From Gemmatales bacterium (GTDB lineage: Bacteria > Planctomycetota > Planctomycetia > Gemmatales > HRBIN36): a DNA stretch of 64,000 bases. The first letter of the stretch is position 1; the number at the start of each line of letters is the position of its first letter. The DNA lies in NCBI GenBank assembly GCA_041640595.1, contig JBEPZY010000003.1:212773-276772 (forward strand), in the 5' to 3' direction. Positions 20,673-31,204 of this stretch are shown piece by piece. Under the pieces are notes generated by a model. It did no database searches and was not told where the DNA came from. It worked only from the letters and a program-made list of their open reading frames with translations. The translations under genes were made by a program, and so were the position numbers.

Positions 20673-23600
20673 TCAATTCTGGTAGCGCAGCAGGAGATCG
20701 CCAGCGGCTACCTGGGTGCCTGATTGTACCAGCACTTCGGCGATGCGACCGCTGCGCTCGGCGTAAATGGTCATCTCCATTTTCATGGCTTCGAGGCTGA
20801 TAAGCTTCTGCCCCTTTTCCACGTGGTCGCCGGGTTGCACCATGACGCGGACGACGAGTCCCGGCATGGGAGCGCCGACTTCGTTGGGATTGCTGGGATC
20901 TGCTTTGGGATGAGCTTTGTGCTCGCGGGCCAGACTGCGATCGGTAACCACGACTTCCCGGGGCTGGCCGTTGAGTTCGAAAAACACCAGCCGTGTCCCG
21001 TCCGGATGCGGATCGCCGACCGTCTGGAATTTGATAATCAGCGTCTTGCCTTTCTCAATGTCCACGCTGATTTCTTCGCCCGGTTCCATACCGTAGAAAA
21101 AGACGGGCGTGGGGAGCACACTGGTGTCGGAATACTTTTGCTGATGCTGGGCAAACTCCAGAAACACGCGCGGGTAGAGCACATACGAGAGCACCTCACG
21201 GAAGGAAACGGAGCGTTGCAGTCGTTTTTCCAGCTCCGAGCGTACCTGGTCGAAATCCACAGGCGGTAAGGAAGCACCGGCTCGCTCGGTCAGAGGCTGG
21301 CGCGAGCCGAGTATGCGCCGCTGCAACTGTTCCGGAAAGCCACCCGGCGGAATGCCCAGCCGACCCTCGAAAAACTCCACCACCGATTCCGGAAACGCCA
21401 GCACCCGTTGCGGATCGAGCACATCCTCCGGTCGCAGATTGTTGGCGACCATGAACAACGCCATGTCGCCAACCACCTTCGACGTCGGCGTAACCTTGAC
21501 AATGTCGCCGAAGAGCCGGTTGACCTCGGCATACATGCGGCGGACTTCCGGCCAGCGTTCTTGCAGGCCCATCGCCTGGGCTTGCTGGTAGAGATTGGTG
21601 TATTGGCCGCCGGGCATTTCATGCAGGTACACCTCTGCCGACGATGTCCGCTGCACGCCTTCGAAAGGTGCGTAATACTGCCGGATCACTTCCCAGTATT
21701 CGGCGGCGGCCTGGAGGTCCTCGAAACGCAAGGGGCTGGCTCGCCGCGTGAACCGTACCATTTCCACCAGCGAGTTCAAATTGGGCTGGCTGCTGGTGCC
21801 CGACAACGGTGCCATCGCCCCGTCCACGATGCTGACGCCTTCCTCCGCCGCAAGAATATAGCTGGCGGCTTGAATTCCGGCCTGGTCGTGGGTGTGAAAA
21901 TGAATGGGGATGCCAATCTCCTGCCGCAACGCCCGCACCAGCTGCTGAGCGGCATAAGGTTTACAAAGCCCGGCCATGTCTTTGATCGCCAGCAGGTTAG
22001 CGCCGCGCTTCTCCAGCTGCTTGGCCAGCTCCACGTAATAACGCAAACTGTACTTTTGTCGCGCGGGATTGAGAAAATCGCCGGTGTAACAGATAGCCGG
22101 TTCGCAGAGCATGCCGGCTTCGCGGACGGCTTCGATGGCCGGCTCCAGATTCGGCAACCAGTTGCAGGCATCGAAGATGCGGAACAGGTCTATGCCGACC
22201 TGCGCTGCCTCCTTGACAAAGGCGCGCACCACGTTGTCCGGATAGTTTGTGTAGCCGACCGCATTGGCCCCACGCAGCAGCATCTGGAACAAAATGTTCG
22301 GAATCTTCTCGCGCAACCGTGCCAGCCGCTCCCAGGGGCATTCCTTCAGAAACCGCATGGCCGTGTCGAACGTGGCTCCGCCCCACATCTCCAGGGAAAA
22401 CAAGTCGGCCAGGCGGTGGGCGTAAAAATCGGCGATCTGCAGCATGTCGTAGGTACGCATCCGTGTCGCCAGAAGCGACTGGTGGGCGTCGCGGAAGGTG
22501 GTATCGGTGAAAAAGAGCTGCGGCTGGTCGAGCAACCAGCGGGCGAATCGTTCCGGTCCCAGTTCGCGGAAGCGATCGCGCAGCCCGCGTGGCAGTTGTG
22601 CCGACTCCCGTGCAGGCAATTCCGGCACGGGAGCTGGTTCCCGCGGCACCCGCTTCCGCCATTCGGCAGTGGCTCGCGCCTCCTTGCCCAGCGTCGGATT
22701 ACCGTTGACAATCACCTCAGCCAGATAGGTCAGCAATCGCGTCGCCCGATCCTGGCGGGGCGGGAAGCGGTACAGCTCTGGCGTTTCGTCAATAAAACGG
22801 GTGCTGAATTCGCCCCGCGCCACTGCCGGATGCGTTACCAGATTGATCAGAAACGGGATGTTGGTCTTGACGCCACGCACCCGGAATTCCTGCAAACTTC
22901 GCTCCATCCGCCGCAGGGCATCTTCAAGTCGGCGTCCACGGGCGGTGACTTTCACCAGCAGCGAATCATAAAACGGCGTGATTACCGCACCGCTGAAAGC
23001 CGACCCCGCGTCCAGCCGAATCCCCATCCCGCTGGCTGAACGGTAATGCGACAGCCGGCCGTAATCAGGCAGGAACTTGTTGGCCGGGTCTTCGGTCGTG
23101 ACCCGACACTGCACGGCAAAGCCCGTCACTGTCACCTGCCGCTGATCGCCCAGATCGATCTCCGGATGCGACAGCGGATAACCCTGGGCGATGAGAATCT
23201 GGCACTTGACGATGTCGTAACCGGTGACCTCTTCGGTTACCGTGTGCTCGACCTGAATGCGGGGATTGACTTCGATGAAATAGAACTGCCCGCTGTCCAC
23301 GTCGTAGAGGAATTCGACGGTGCCGGCGTTATCGAGCCGCACTATTCGGCCGATGGCCAGGGCTGCTTCCAGAATCTGCTGGCGAACGCGGGCGTCCAGA
23401 TTCGGTGCCGGAGCCATTTCCACCATCTTCTGGTGGCGGCGTTGCAGTGAGCAGTCCCGTTCGTACAGGTGCACCAGATTGCCATGCTGATCGCCCAGCA
23501 GCTGCACCTCGATATGGCGAGCGCGGCGAACGCATTTTTCCAGAAAAACGTCCGGAATGCCGAACGCAGTCCCGGCTTCGCGTCGGGCCTGCTCTAAAGC

Positions 23601-24152
23601 ATCGGCGAGCTGTGCGGCATTTTCGACGAGACGCATGCCCCGTCCGCCACCACCCATCGCCGCCTTAACCATCACCGGATACCCGATGCGTTCGGCAGCG
23701 GACAGAGCTTCGGCCGGATCCGACACGGGTTTCTCGGTGCCCGGCAGAATGGGCACGCCGGCTTGCTGGGCCAGTCGTCGCGCCACCACTTTATCGCCGA
23801 GCTGTTCCAGCACTTCCGTACGCGGCCCGACGAAAATCAGGCCCGCCTGTCGCACTGCCCGTGCGAACTCCGGATTCTCCGACAGGAAACCGTACCCCGG
23901 ATGGATCGCATCCACCTCATGCTGCAACGCCAGCGCGACTATTCCTTCGATGTCCAGGTAAGCGCGGATCGGTTCGCCCGGCTGACCGACGCGGTACGCC
24001 TCATCGGCTTTGAACCGATGCAGCGCGAACCGATCCTCGTGGGAATAAATCGCCACCGTGCGGATGCCTAGCTCGTGGGCGGTACGGAAAACGCGAATGG
24101 CTATCTCGCTGCGATTGGCTACCAGCAGTTTGCGAATGGGTCGGATATTCAT
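20673..24152 (-). CDS. pyc: Pyruvate carboxylase
   Basis: Biotin carboxylase domain (LVANRSEIA, RDCSLQRRHQK), carboxyltransferase domain (RDAHQSLLATR, HTHD), biotinyl EAMKME. Confidence 0.96.
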   Translation of the reverse strand: MNIRPIRKLLVANRSEIAIRVFRTAHELGIRTVAIYSHEDRFALHRFKADEAYRVGQPGEPIRAYLDIEGIVALALQHEVDAIHPGYGFLSENPEFARAVRQAGLIFVGPRTEVLEQLGDKVVARRLAQQAGVPILPGTEKPVSDPAEALSAAERIGYPVMVKAAMGGGGRGMRLVENAAQLADALEQARREAGTAFGIPDVFLEKCVRRARHIEVQLLGDQHGNLVHLYERDCSLQRRHQKMVEMAPAPNLDARVRQQILEAALAIGRIVRLDNAGTVEFLYDVDSGQFYFIEVNPRIQVEHTVTEEVTGYDIVKCQILIAQGYPLSHPEIDLGDQRQVTVTGFAVQCRVTTEDPANKFLPDYGRLSHYRSASGMGIRLDAGSAFSGAVITPFYDSLLVKVTARGRRLEDALRRMERSLQEFRVRGVKTNIPFLINLVTHPAVARGEFSTRFIDETPELYRFPPRQDRATRLLTYLAEVIVNGNPTLGKEARATAEWRKRVPREPAPVPELPARESAQLPRGLRDRFRELGPERFARWLLDQPQLFFTDTTFRDAHQSLLATRMRTYDMLQIADFYAHRLADLFSLEMWGGATFDTAMRFLKECPWERLARLREKIPNILFQMLLRGANAVGYTNYPDNVVRAFVKEAAQVGIDLFRIFDACNWLPNLEPAIEAVREAGMLCEPAICYTGDFLNPARQKYSLRYYVELAKQLEKRGANLLAIKDMAGLCKPYAAQQLVRALRQEIGIPIHFHTHDQAGIQAASYILAAEEGVSIVDGAMAPLSGTSSQPNLNSLVEMVRFTRRASPLRFEDLQAAAEYWEVIRQYYAPFEGVQRTSSAEVYLHEMPGGQYTNLYQQAQAMGLQERWPEVRRMYAEVNRLFGDIVKVTPTSKVVGDMALFMVANNLRPEDVLDPQRVLAFPESVVEFFEGRLGIPPGGFPEQLQRRILGSRQPLTERAGASLPPVDFDQVRSELEKRLQRSVSFREVLSYVLYPRVFLEFAQHQQKYSDTSVLPTPVFFYGMEPGEEISVDIEKGKTLIIKFQTVGDPHPDGTRLVFFELNGQPREVVVTDRSLAREHKAHPKADPSNPNEVGAPMPGLVVRVMVQPGDHVEKGQKLISLEAMKMEMTIYAERSGRIAEVLVQSGTQVAAGDLLLRYQN

Positions 24153-24317
24153 TGTCCCTCCAGCGTGCACCGTGCGCCAGCATAAGTATATACCGCCCGT
24201 CCAGTCGGGTCGCAACGAGCACCACCCGCTTGCACACCGCTTCCGCACACGCCACCAGGAGCGGCTGGCGTGAGCCAGCCGTGCCGAACATACCGCGTTA
24301 CCGGAGAGAGTCGCTCA

Positions 24318-24575
24318 TTTCCGAACGCTCAACGCCGGTTTCCGATCCCCCTTCTCCGCGCCGTGGATCTAGACCCGCGCCGTCGCAGAGTTTCCGAACG
24401 CTCAACGCCGGTTCCCGATTCCCCTTCTCCGCGCCGTGGATCCAGACCCGCACCGTCGCAGAGTTTCCGCACGCTCAACGCCGGTTCCCGGTTCCCCTTC
24501 TCCGCGCCGTGGATCCAGACTCGCGCCGTCGCGGAGCTTCCGAACACCCAACGCCGGTTACCCGTTCCGCTCTCC
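24318..24575. repeat. 73-bp tandem repeat, ~3.5 copies
   Basis: Units start at 24318, 24391, 24464 and 24537 (tttccgaacgctcaacgccggtt...cgtcgcagag). Confidence 0.93.
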
Positions 24576-24638
24576 AGTACCCAACCGCACTCGCCAAGCC
24601 CTGATTCCCGATTCCCGCTCCTGCCCGCCACTCGGCAC

Positions 24639-27600
24639 TCACTTCAGGTCGCCGATGTACCACACCCGCACCGTTTTGTCGCTGCTTCCCGAAACGACGT
24701 ATTGGCCATCGGGCGTCACCGCGACGCTCCAGACCGGCCACTCGTGCCCCGTGAACCGTCGCACTTCCTTCCCCGTCGCCAGCTCCCACAAACGCACAGT
24801 TTTGTCCCCGCTTCCCGAAACGACGTATTTACCATTGGGCGTCACCGCCACGCTCAAGACCGGCCACTCGTGCCCCGTGAACCGCCGCACTTCTTTCCCC
24901 GTCGCCAGCTCCCACAAACGCACAGTTTTGTCCCCGCTCCCCGAAACGACGTATTGGCCATCGGGCGTTACCGCGACGCTCATGACCCAATCCTCGTGCC
25001 CCGGGAACCGCCGCACTTCCTGCCCCGTCGCCAGCTCCCACAAACGCACCGTTTTGTCGTTGCTTCCCGAAACGACGTATTTACCATTGGGCGTCACCGC
25101 GACGCTATAGACCGGCCACTCGTGCCCCGTGAACCGCCGCACTTCCTTCCCCGTCGCCAGCTCCCACAAACGCACCGTGCTATCACTGCTTATCCAATGT
25201 ACCCGATCCTTATCCACCCACCTGCCGCCGCTTCCCGAAACGACGTATTGGCCATTGGGCGTTACCGCAACGCTATAGACCGGACCCGCGTGCCCCGTGA
25301 ACCGCCGCACTTCTTTTCCCGTCGCCAGCTCCCACAAACGCACCGTGTTGTCGTCGCTTCCCGAAACGACGTATTGGCCATCGGGCGTCACCGCGACGCT
25401 GCAGACCCAATCCTCGTGCCCCGTGAACCGCCGCACTTCCTGCCCCGTCGCCAGCTCCCACACCCGCACCGTTTTGTCGTTGCTTCCCGAAACGACGTAT
25501 TTACCATTGGGCGTCACCGCGACGCTGCAGACGGGTTCTTCGTGCCCGAACAGCCGCAGCACTTCGCGGTTACCCGGATGTTGTGCAGTTTGACCAGCGG
25601 GAAAGGTGGTTACTGGAGCAGGTGCAGCGTGGGGGCGGGCAGCTATCCTCGCTTGCTGGGCGGTGTCCCATACTCGCAGCAACTCGTCGAAGCTGGCAAA
25701 ACGGTCCTTCGGCGACTCCCGCAGGCACCTGTCCAGCAATTCCGCCAGCCAGTCCGGTAATCGTCGCCACTGCATCGGGGTCGGGTTGGGCGTGCCGAAC
25801 AAAGCGTAGCAGCAGGTGCGCCCAAAAGCGTAGATGTCCGAATAAAACCCCGGCTGCACTCCACCGAGCTTGCCGAGTTGTTCGGGAGCGGAATAGTCCC
25901 AGGTACCCAGTATCGTTCGGCCTATGGTGGTCTTTCCTCGTACCTGGGCTTGCTGCATGGTGGCCTGGATTTGCTGCACTGTGCAGGCCAGGCCGAAATC
26001 AATCAACCGCACCTGCCACTGCTCGCCGTCCTTGCGAACCAGGATGTTGCTCGGCTTGACATCACGATGCAGGATATTTCTCGCATGCGCTGCCCGCAGT
26101 CCCTCGGCAATTTGCCGCAACAATGGCAATGCTTCGGGCAGAGGAATCGGCCCGTTTTGCCGCACGTATTCGCTCAAAGTCTGGCCGTCAAACCATTCCA
26201 TAATCAGATACGGCCCGAGTTTTCGCCGTGGGTCCACATAGCCGTAGTGGCGTATGCGAATGAGGGCGGGATGCTGAACCTGCTCCATCGCCGCCGCTTC
26301 TTCAAAGACCCGCTGCGGGTCGGGCAGAATCGCGGTATTGAACACCTTGACCGCCACCTTCGCTTTTGTTTGGCGATACTGGCACAGGAAAGTGACGCCA
26401 AACGCACCGGCACCAAGAATTCGCAGGGCCGCCAGTTCGTACACCGGAAAAGGAGAAAACCGATCCGGTGCTAACCGAACAGCTTCGTTCAGTGCCCTCA
26501 GTGCCTGGTTCCATTCGCTTTTCTCCAGGAAAGCACGGTAGGCGTTGTAATAAGCCTCGGCCTGTTGTTCGCGGTCGCGGCGTTGCTGGTACATCTGGGC
26601 GGCTTGCAGGAAATACTGAACGGCGGCATCGAGGTCGCCACACAGAACAGCGGCTTTGCCCAGCTGCGCGAGCAATTCCGGCGCCCGCTGCCGGACCGAT
26701 TCCGGTAACTGCCGCACCTGTTCCATCAGCTGGCGTACCAGTTGCCGCTCCGCTTCGTTTTGCACAGAGCAGGTATCGCTGGGGCGAAGTTCTCGCTGAT
26801 GCAGGTTGCCGTGCAGTTGCAGGAAGCGTTGCAACTGACTGAGCGTTTGCATCACTTGCTGCTGGCCTTGTCGCACTTGCTCGATGGCCTGCAGGATATC
26901 CTGGCGAGACTGAACCACTTCCGCCCGCAGCGCCTGCAACGGTGCCAGCAACCGCTCTCCCAGAACCGCCAGCCCCTGATGCACCTCGCCCAGGGCCGAT
27001 TCCATCTGCTGCGATAAATTGTCGAGCAAATCGAAACTCACCTGGCGGTACAACTCGTCATCCCGTTCCAGGGCACGCCGGAAAAAGTAGCGAACCAGCA
27101 CCGGCAGCAAACGCACTTCCCCGGATGTATCCAGCGGCAAACTCACCAGCCAGGCCAGGGCTTCGTAACCTTCCTCGCGCAACCGCTCGCCGGTGCGATC
27201 GAGCAACCGATTCTCGGCCTGCAAAACTTCGTTCGGTTGCCGATACTGGCAGAGCTGGCCGACCTCGGCGACTACCGTTTCCCAGTCGGCTTGCGGGTCA
27301 AGCAATCCGCGGCGTTTGGCATCCTGCAATTCGACCCGGCACCGCTGGCAAAACTCCTGGCCGGACTTCTCCGCAGACAATCTCGGTACCGCTACCAGCA
27401 AGGCCGACTGCAACCGTTCCACCAGAGCCCGTTCCTCACCAGAAGCGAGCAACCGTTGCCACAAACTGGGCCCGGCCAGAGCTGTCTCCACCACCAGCCA
27501 GGTTTGTTCATGGGCCTGTTGCAGGGCCTTGCCTAACCGCGACGCCGGATCACGCAGGTATTGCAGCAGCCAGGCCGAAACTTGACCCACAGCGACCAGG

Positions 27601-27671
27601 CCCAACCTTTCAGTGATTTTACCCCATAAGGAACGCAACGCCGTTACCAGAAGAGCGTTCATGAGCGACAT
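24639..27671 (-). CDS. Ser/Thr protein kinase with N-terminal coiled-coil/TPR-like region and seven C-terminal WD40 repeats
   Basis: LGAGAFG, VAVK, HRDVKPSN, DFG, APE, SDIYAFG; GH...W(E/Y) repeats of 42 aa. Confidence 0.92.
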   Translation of the reverse strand: MSLMNALLVTALRSLWGKITERLGLVAVGQVSAWLLQYLRDPASRLGKALQQAHEQTWLVVETALAGPSLWQRLLASGEERALVERLQSALLVAVPRLSAEKSGQEFCQRCRVELQDAKRRGLLDPQADWETVVAEVGQLCQYRQPNEVLQAENRLLDRTGERLREEGYEALAWLVSLPLDTSGEVRLLPVLVRYFFRRALERDDELYRQVSFDLLDNLSQQMESALGEVHQGLAVLGERLLAPLQALRAEVVQSRQDILQAIEQVRQGQQQVMQTLSQLQRFLQLHGNLHQRELRPSDTCSVQNEAERQLVRQLMEQVRQLPESVRQRAPELLAQLGKAAVLCGDLDAAVQYFLQAAQMYQQRRDREQQAEAYYNAYRAFLEKSEWNQALRALNEAVRLAPDRFSPFPVYELAALRILGAGAFGVTFLCQYRQTKAKVAVKVFNTAILPDPQRVFEEAAAMEQVQHPALIRIRHYGYVDPRRKLGPYLIMEWFDGQTLSEYVRQNGPIPLPEALPLLRQIAEGLRAAHARNILHRDVKPSNILVRKDGEQWQVRLIDFGLACTVQQIQATMQQAQVRGKTTIGRTILGTWDYSAPEQLGKLGGVQPGFYSDIYAFGRTCCYALFGTPNPTPMQWRRLPDWLAELLDRCLRESPKDRFASFDELLRVWDTAQQARIAARPHAAPAPVTTFPAGQTAQHPGNREVLRLFGHEEPVCSVAVTPNGKYVVSGSNDKTVRVWELATGQEVRRFTGHEDWVCSVAVTPDGQYVVSGSDDNTVRLWELATGKEVRRFTGHAGPVYSVAVTPNGQYVVSGSGGRWVDKDRVHWISSDSTVRLWELATGKEVRRFTGHEWPVYSVAVTPNGKYVVSGSNDKTVRLWELATGQEVRRFPGHEDWVMSVAVTPDGQYVVSGSGDKTVRLWELATGKEVRRFTGHEWPVLSVAVTPNGKYVVSGSGDKTVRLWELATGKEVRRFTGHEWPVWSVAVTPDGQYVVSGSSDKTVRVWYIGDLK
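24659..25550 (-). repeat. Seven near-identical 126-bp WD40-coding repeats
   Basis: Anchor ct(t/c)cccgaaacgacgtatt at 24685, 24811, 24937, 25063, 25231, 25357, 25483; one spacing is 168 bp (42-bp insertion). Confidence 0.93.
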
Positions 27672-28101
27672 AAGTAGGCCCTCACGACGGTGCCGACACC
27701 TTTGCCGTCATTGTAACCAACCACCCACACCCCGTACAATCCGCCTGAGAGGCTTGCTGCTTGCGATGGCATCAGCTGGCATTGTGGGCCGACCAGAATC
27801 AGCTTGTTTGCCGGTGTCGCCAACACTTGCGATGGCATTCGTCGTCGTCGGCCATTTCCGAATATCGGGAAGCAATCAAGGCGGCCGTGGGTTCTGACCC
27901 GACACGGAACCGCATCATCGTCAGGCAGGTTCAGACATCACGAGGCAATCGGGCGGACGCGATTTTTGCTTGCGATGGTTCAAAGGCAGTGCGAAAAACT
28001 CACCTGGCAGCATTTTCCGGAGCCGGTTTTTGCTTGCGATGGTTCGGGGGCAGCTCCGAGCAAAACCGTTTTGCGCCACGGCGACGATGCAGCCGGGCCG
28101 A

Positions 28102-29688
28102 TCAGGAACGGGGCAATTGCAGAACAAACTGGGTGGTGCGGTGGGGAGTGCGATGCCAGGTAATGCGGCCGGCGTGGAGTTCGGCAATTCGCCACACCTT
28201 GGACAAACCCAGGCCGCGACCGCGACCCGCCTGCCGACCCGAAAAGAACGGATCGAAGAGATGTTCCTGCCAGGCCGGGTCTGGTCCGGGGCCATTGTTT
28301 TCGACGATTACCTGGACCTGGTCGGAATCGAGCGGCACAACGCTACAGCTAACTCGACCACCTTGCGGCGCTGCTTCGAGAGCGTTGCGAAGCAGGCATT
28401 CGATGGCGGTCTGCAAAAGCGAACCGTCCGCAACCATCGAAATCGCCTGGTCTGGGCAGGTGCAGCTCAGCGTGATTTGCTTCTGCTCCGCTTCGCAAAC
28501 GAACCGGCCAACGACCTGGCGAAGCAGTCGGTCCAGCCGCAAGCGACGCTTTTTGGGTTCCGGCGGACGAGCGAAAAACATCAGGTCTAAAACGAGCGCA
28601 TGAATCCGGCGGGTCTGCGCCAGGATACGTTCCAGAGCCTGAATGCGTTCGAGTTGCTTTTCCTGACGCAGCAATTGCTCGGCATAACCGGAAATGACTG
28701 CGAGGGGACTGCCGAGTTCGTGTCCGGCTCCGGCAGCGAAAGCGGCTAGCGAACGCAGTTTGTGTTGCTGGAGCAATTCCTGCTGTTGCTGGGCCAGCTG
28801 GATCGCCTGTCGCTGCCAGCGCTGGCACTCGCGTTCCACGAACTGAAGCTGCTGGCGAGCAGACGCCGTTTCCTTCAGGAGTCGGCCCAGCTCCGTCCAC
28901 AACCAATCGGAGCCAATCGGCGAAAGCGGTGGCAACTCCGGCACCTCGTCACATGGAAAGTCGCCGGCATCCAGTTCGAGTGTGGCAAGCAAATCGCTCA
29001 GCGGTGGGCCTGACCACGCTGATTTCAGGCGAAACCGCCCCTGAGCCAGCTGCCAGACGACCTGCACCAGGCGCAACAATTTCTCTTCACTGTCCTGGCG
29101 GGTGAAGGAGGCCAGGGGAGCATCAAGTCGGCTCCAGATTTGCCGCAGCGATGGGGGTAAAGGCCAGTGAGCGGCCAGCCGAATCCAACCTCCGCCTGGA
29201 GTCCACCTGCCGACCTTCCTCGCCGCGATAAGAAACTGACCGATGCCCGCAATCCGGGCCGCTGCTTCGGCCAGGTCTGGTTGCAGAGCGAGTCGCGGTG
29301 CCACCTGTCGGGCCAGCATTCCGGCCAGGTGAATGGCCTGGCGAAATCCGGACAGGCGTGGCTGCGACCAATCGGGAAACCAGGTCGGCTGCCAATCGGC
29401 CCAGCGTGCCAGAATGTGCCAGGCGTTTCGGGAACTGCTTTCGTCAAGCTTGCTGTGGCGGCGTTTGTTGCTGTCGCCATCCGAGTCGCCCGGCAGGATG
29501 GGCAGCGCTTCGCCAACTTCATCATGCCCGAGCCAGGCCAGCAAAACGGCCGGGTCGCTCCGACATAGCGAAAGCCAATCCGTCGCTGACAAACAAGTCT
29601 CACCGAGTGCGGCAGCAATAACTGCTTGCGCACTCTCGCGTGCCGGCCCAAAGCGACAGGCCTTCGGCGTCACCTCCGTGCTCGCCAC
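28102..29688 (-). CDS. Sensor histidine kinase with degenerate HDOD-like N-terminus
   Basis: H-box AGHELGSPL, N-box LLRNALEA, NNGPG, FDPFFS, GRGLGL; the HDOD call is a weaker inference. Confidence 0.82.
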   Translation of the reverse strand: MASTEVTPKACRFGPARESAQAVIAAALGETCLSATDWLSLCRSDPAVLLAWLGHDEVGEALPILPGDSDGDSNKRRHSKLDESSSRNAWHILARWADWQPTWFPDWSQPRLSGFRQAIHLAGMLARQVAPRLALQPDLAEAAARIAGIGQFLIAARKVGRWTPGGGWIRLAAHWPLPPSLRQIWSRLDAPLASFTRQDSEEKLLRLVQVVWQLAQGRFRLKSAWSGPPLSDLLATLELDAGDFPCDEVPELPPLSPIGSDWLWTELGRLLKETASARQQLQFVERECQRWQRQAIQLAQQQQELLQQHKLRSLAAFAAGAGHELGSPLAVISGYAEQLLRQEKQLERIQALERILAQTRRIHALVLDLMFFARPPEPKKRRLRLDRLLRQVVGRFVCEAEQKQITLSCTCPDQAISMVADGSLLQTAIECLLRNALEAAPQGGRVSCSVVPLDSDQVQVIVENNGPGPDPAWQEHLFDPFFSGRQAGRGRGLGLSKVWRIAELHAGRITWHRTPHRTTQFVLQLPRS

Positions 29689-29703
29689 GCTGTGCCTGTG
29701 TGC

Positions 29704-30294
29704 TTAGCGTTTGGCGGTTACCGACGACGCCTCGATCTCCAGGTGCTTGCAAATCCGCTCGATGAGTTGCTCCATCTCAAAGGGCTTCTGGAGGAAGTCG
29801 TTGGCACCCGCTTTCTTGAGTTCCTGTACCTTGTCCTGCTCGACCATGCCGCTGATGCAGATGATTTTGACGTCGGCCAGATTCGAGTCGGAACGGATGC
29901 GCTGGCAGACTTCCCGCCCGTTGATGTCCGGGAGCATGACGTCGAGGACGATCAGGTCGGGCTGATATTCCTTGACCAGCATGCCGGCGTCGAAGCCGTT
30001 GCGGGCTACCTTGACTTCAAAGCGACCGTCTTTTTCGAGAACGCGGCTGATCATGTCCACCAGGTCGGGATCATCATCCACGACCAGGATTTTCCGTTTG
30101 CCGCTTTCCAGGGCATCTGTCGGAATGCCGTGTTCCTTCATGAATTTGTACAGGGCATCCCGGGGAATACGGCGGAAGCGTGAGCCGGGCACCCGGAATC
30201 CCTTGAGCTGTCCGTTGTCAAAGCAACGGATGATGGTTTGCTGGCTGACCTTGCAGATTTTTGCAGCTTCTCCGGTGGTAAAGACTTGCTTCAT
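29704..30294 (-). CDS. Response regulator with N-terminal excisionase-like HTH
   Basis: FTTGEAAKICKVSQQTIIRCFD...FRRIP then receiver domain (VVDDD, LDVMLP, KPF). Confidence 0.92.
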   Translation of the reverse strand: MKQVFTTGEAAKICKVSQQTIIRCFDNGQLKGFRVPGSRFRRIPRDALYKFMKEHGIPTDALESGKRKILVVDDDPDLVDMISRVLEKDGRFEVKVARNGFDAGMLVKEYQPDLIVLDVMLPDINGREVCQRIRSDSNLADVKIICISGMVEQDKVQELKKAGANDFLQKPFEMEQLIERICKHLEIEASSVTAKR

Positions 30295-30704
30295 AGAACC
30301 TCACCTCTGGCTGATGGTGCAGCCGTTAGACCGACCCCGACGCAACCTCTCCGAGAGGTTGGCGAGACCGTGTCATCCCTGATCCCTTGCCTCGCCCCCT
30401 GCTCCGGTAGCGGCATCCAGCCGGATAGCCTTTCAGGGAATACCCTGATGTTATACCAGGTAAAACCATTTTACGGAGAGTTGCGTTCGCAACGGTGCAT
30501 GGTCGGCATGGTTGCCTCTGCCCCTCGTTTTGCCTGGCAGGAATTCTTGCCTGCTCATCCGGCATTATAACCAGCTTGCCCAGGCTGTCAATAGCGCCTG
30601 CTCAAGTTCTTATTCGCAAGTCCCAGTTTCGGCGATGGTTACAATTGAGAGTCTCATGGTGGCAAATAAATTTCCTACCTGAATGGTGCAATTTGTCCCG
30701 CCAT

Positions 30705-30847
30705 TGACACCACGCTGTCATTCACGATCACGGTTGCGCTGCACATTCTGTGTCAATTACCTGGCCAAGTTTTGACAGGGCAATGTCAGTATTTTGCGTA
30801 GGAAGCTACCACCTGCCGTAATTTCACCAATCCGGCACATAATTTGC
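30705..30847 (+). promoter_or_regulatory. Putative sigma-54 promoter with two upstream TGACA-N6-TGTCA palindromes
   Basis: CGGCAC-ATAAT-TTGC at 30833-30847; palindromes at 30705-30720 and 30773-30788. Confidence 0.55.
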
Positions 30848-31005
30848 TAATGCGTCAGTGCCGGCTACTATGTCAGATTGCCAGTCTTGTGTCAATAGCA
30901 GAACTCTTCCCAGAGTGAAACACCCGCCAGCAACTTTTGACCAGCTTCACTGTCCCGTCCTTTTTGAGGCAAACACAAAATCGGCGGACAGGTGGTGATT
31001 TTTCC

Positions 31006-31086
31006 ATGTTTTCCCTGAGCGCCGCAGGGTATTGCTTTGCAGCGGCAGTATGCGTATTGCTCGTAGCGATTCCGTACACACGCTGA
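31006..31086 (+). CDS. Candidate 26-aa hydrophobic small protein
   Basis: MFSLSAAGYCFAAAVCVLLVAIPYTR*, preceded by AGGTGG; lies downstream of the sigma-54-like promoter. Confidence 0.35.
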   Translation: MFSLSAAGYCFAAAVCVLLVAIPYTR

Positions 31087-31204
31087 CCGGTTCAAACTGC
31101 CGGTTAACGATGTTCTCACCTTGCTTACCTCGGGTTAAGCCAACGTGGTAACAGGCAACCGAGCGAAGGTCGGTTCGACCAGTGACGTCAAATTGACAGT
31201 TTGG

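Noticed and set aside
30535..30551. Additional sigma-54 promoter TGGCAG...TTGC
   Set aside because: GG-to-GC spacing is 11 nt rather than the required 10
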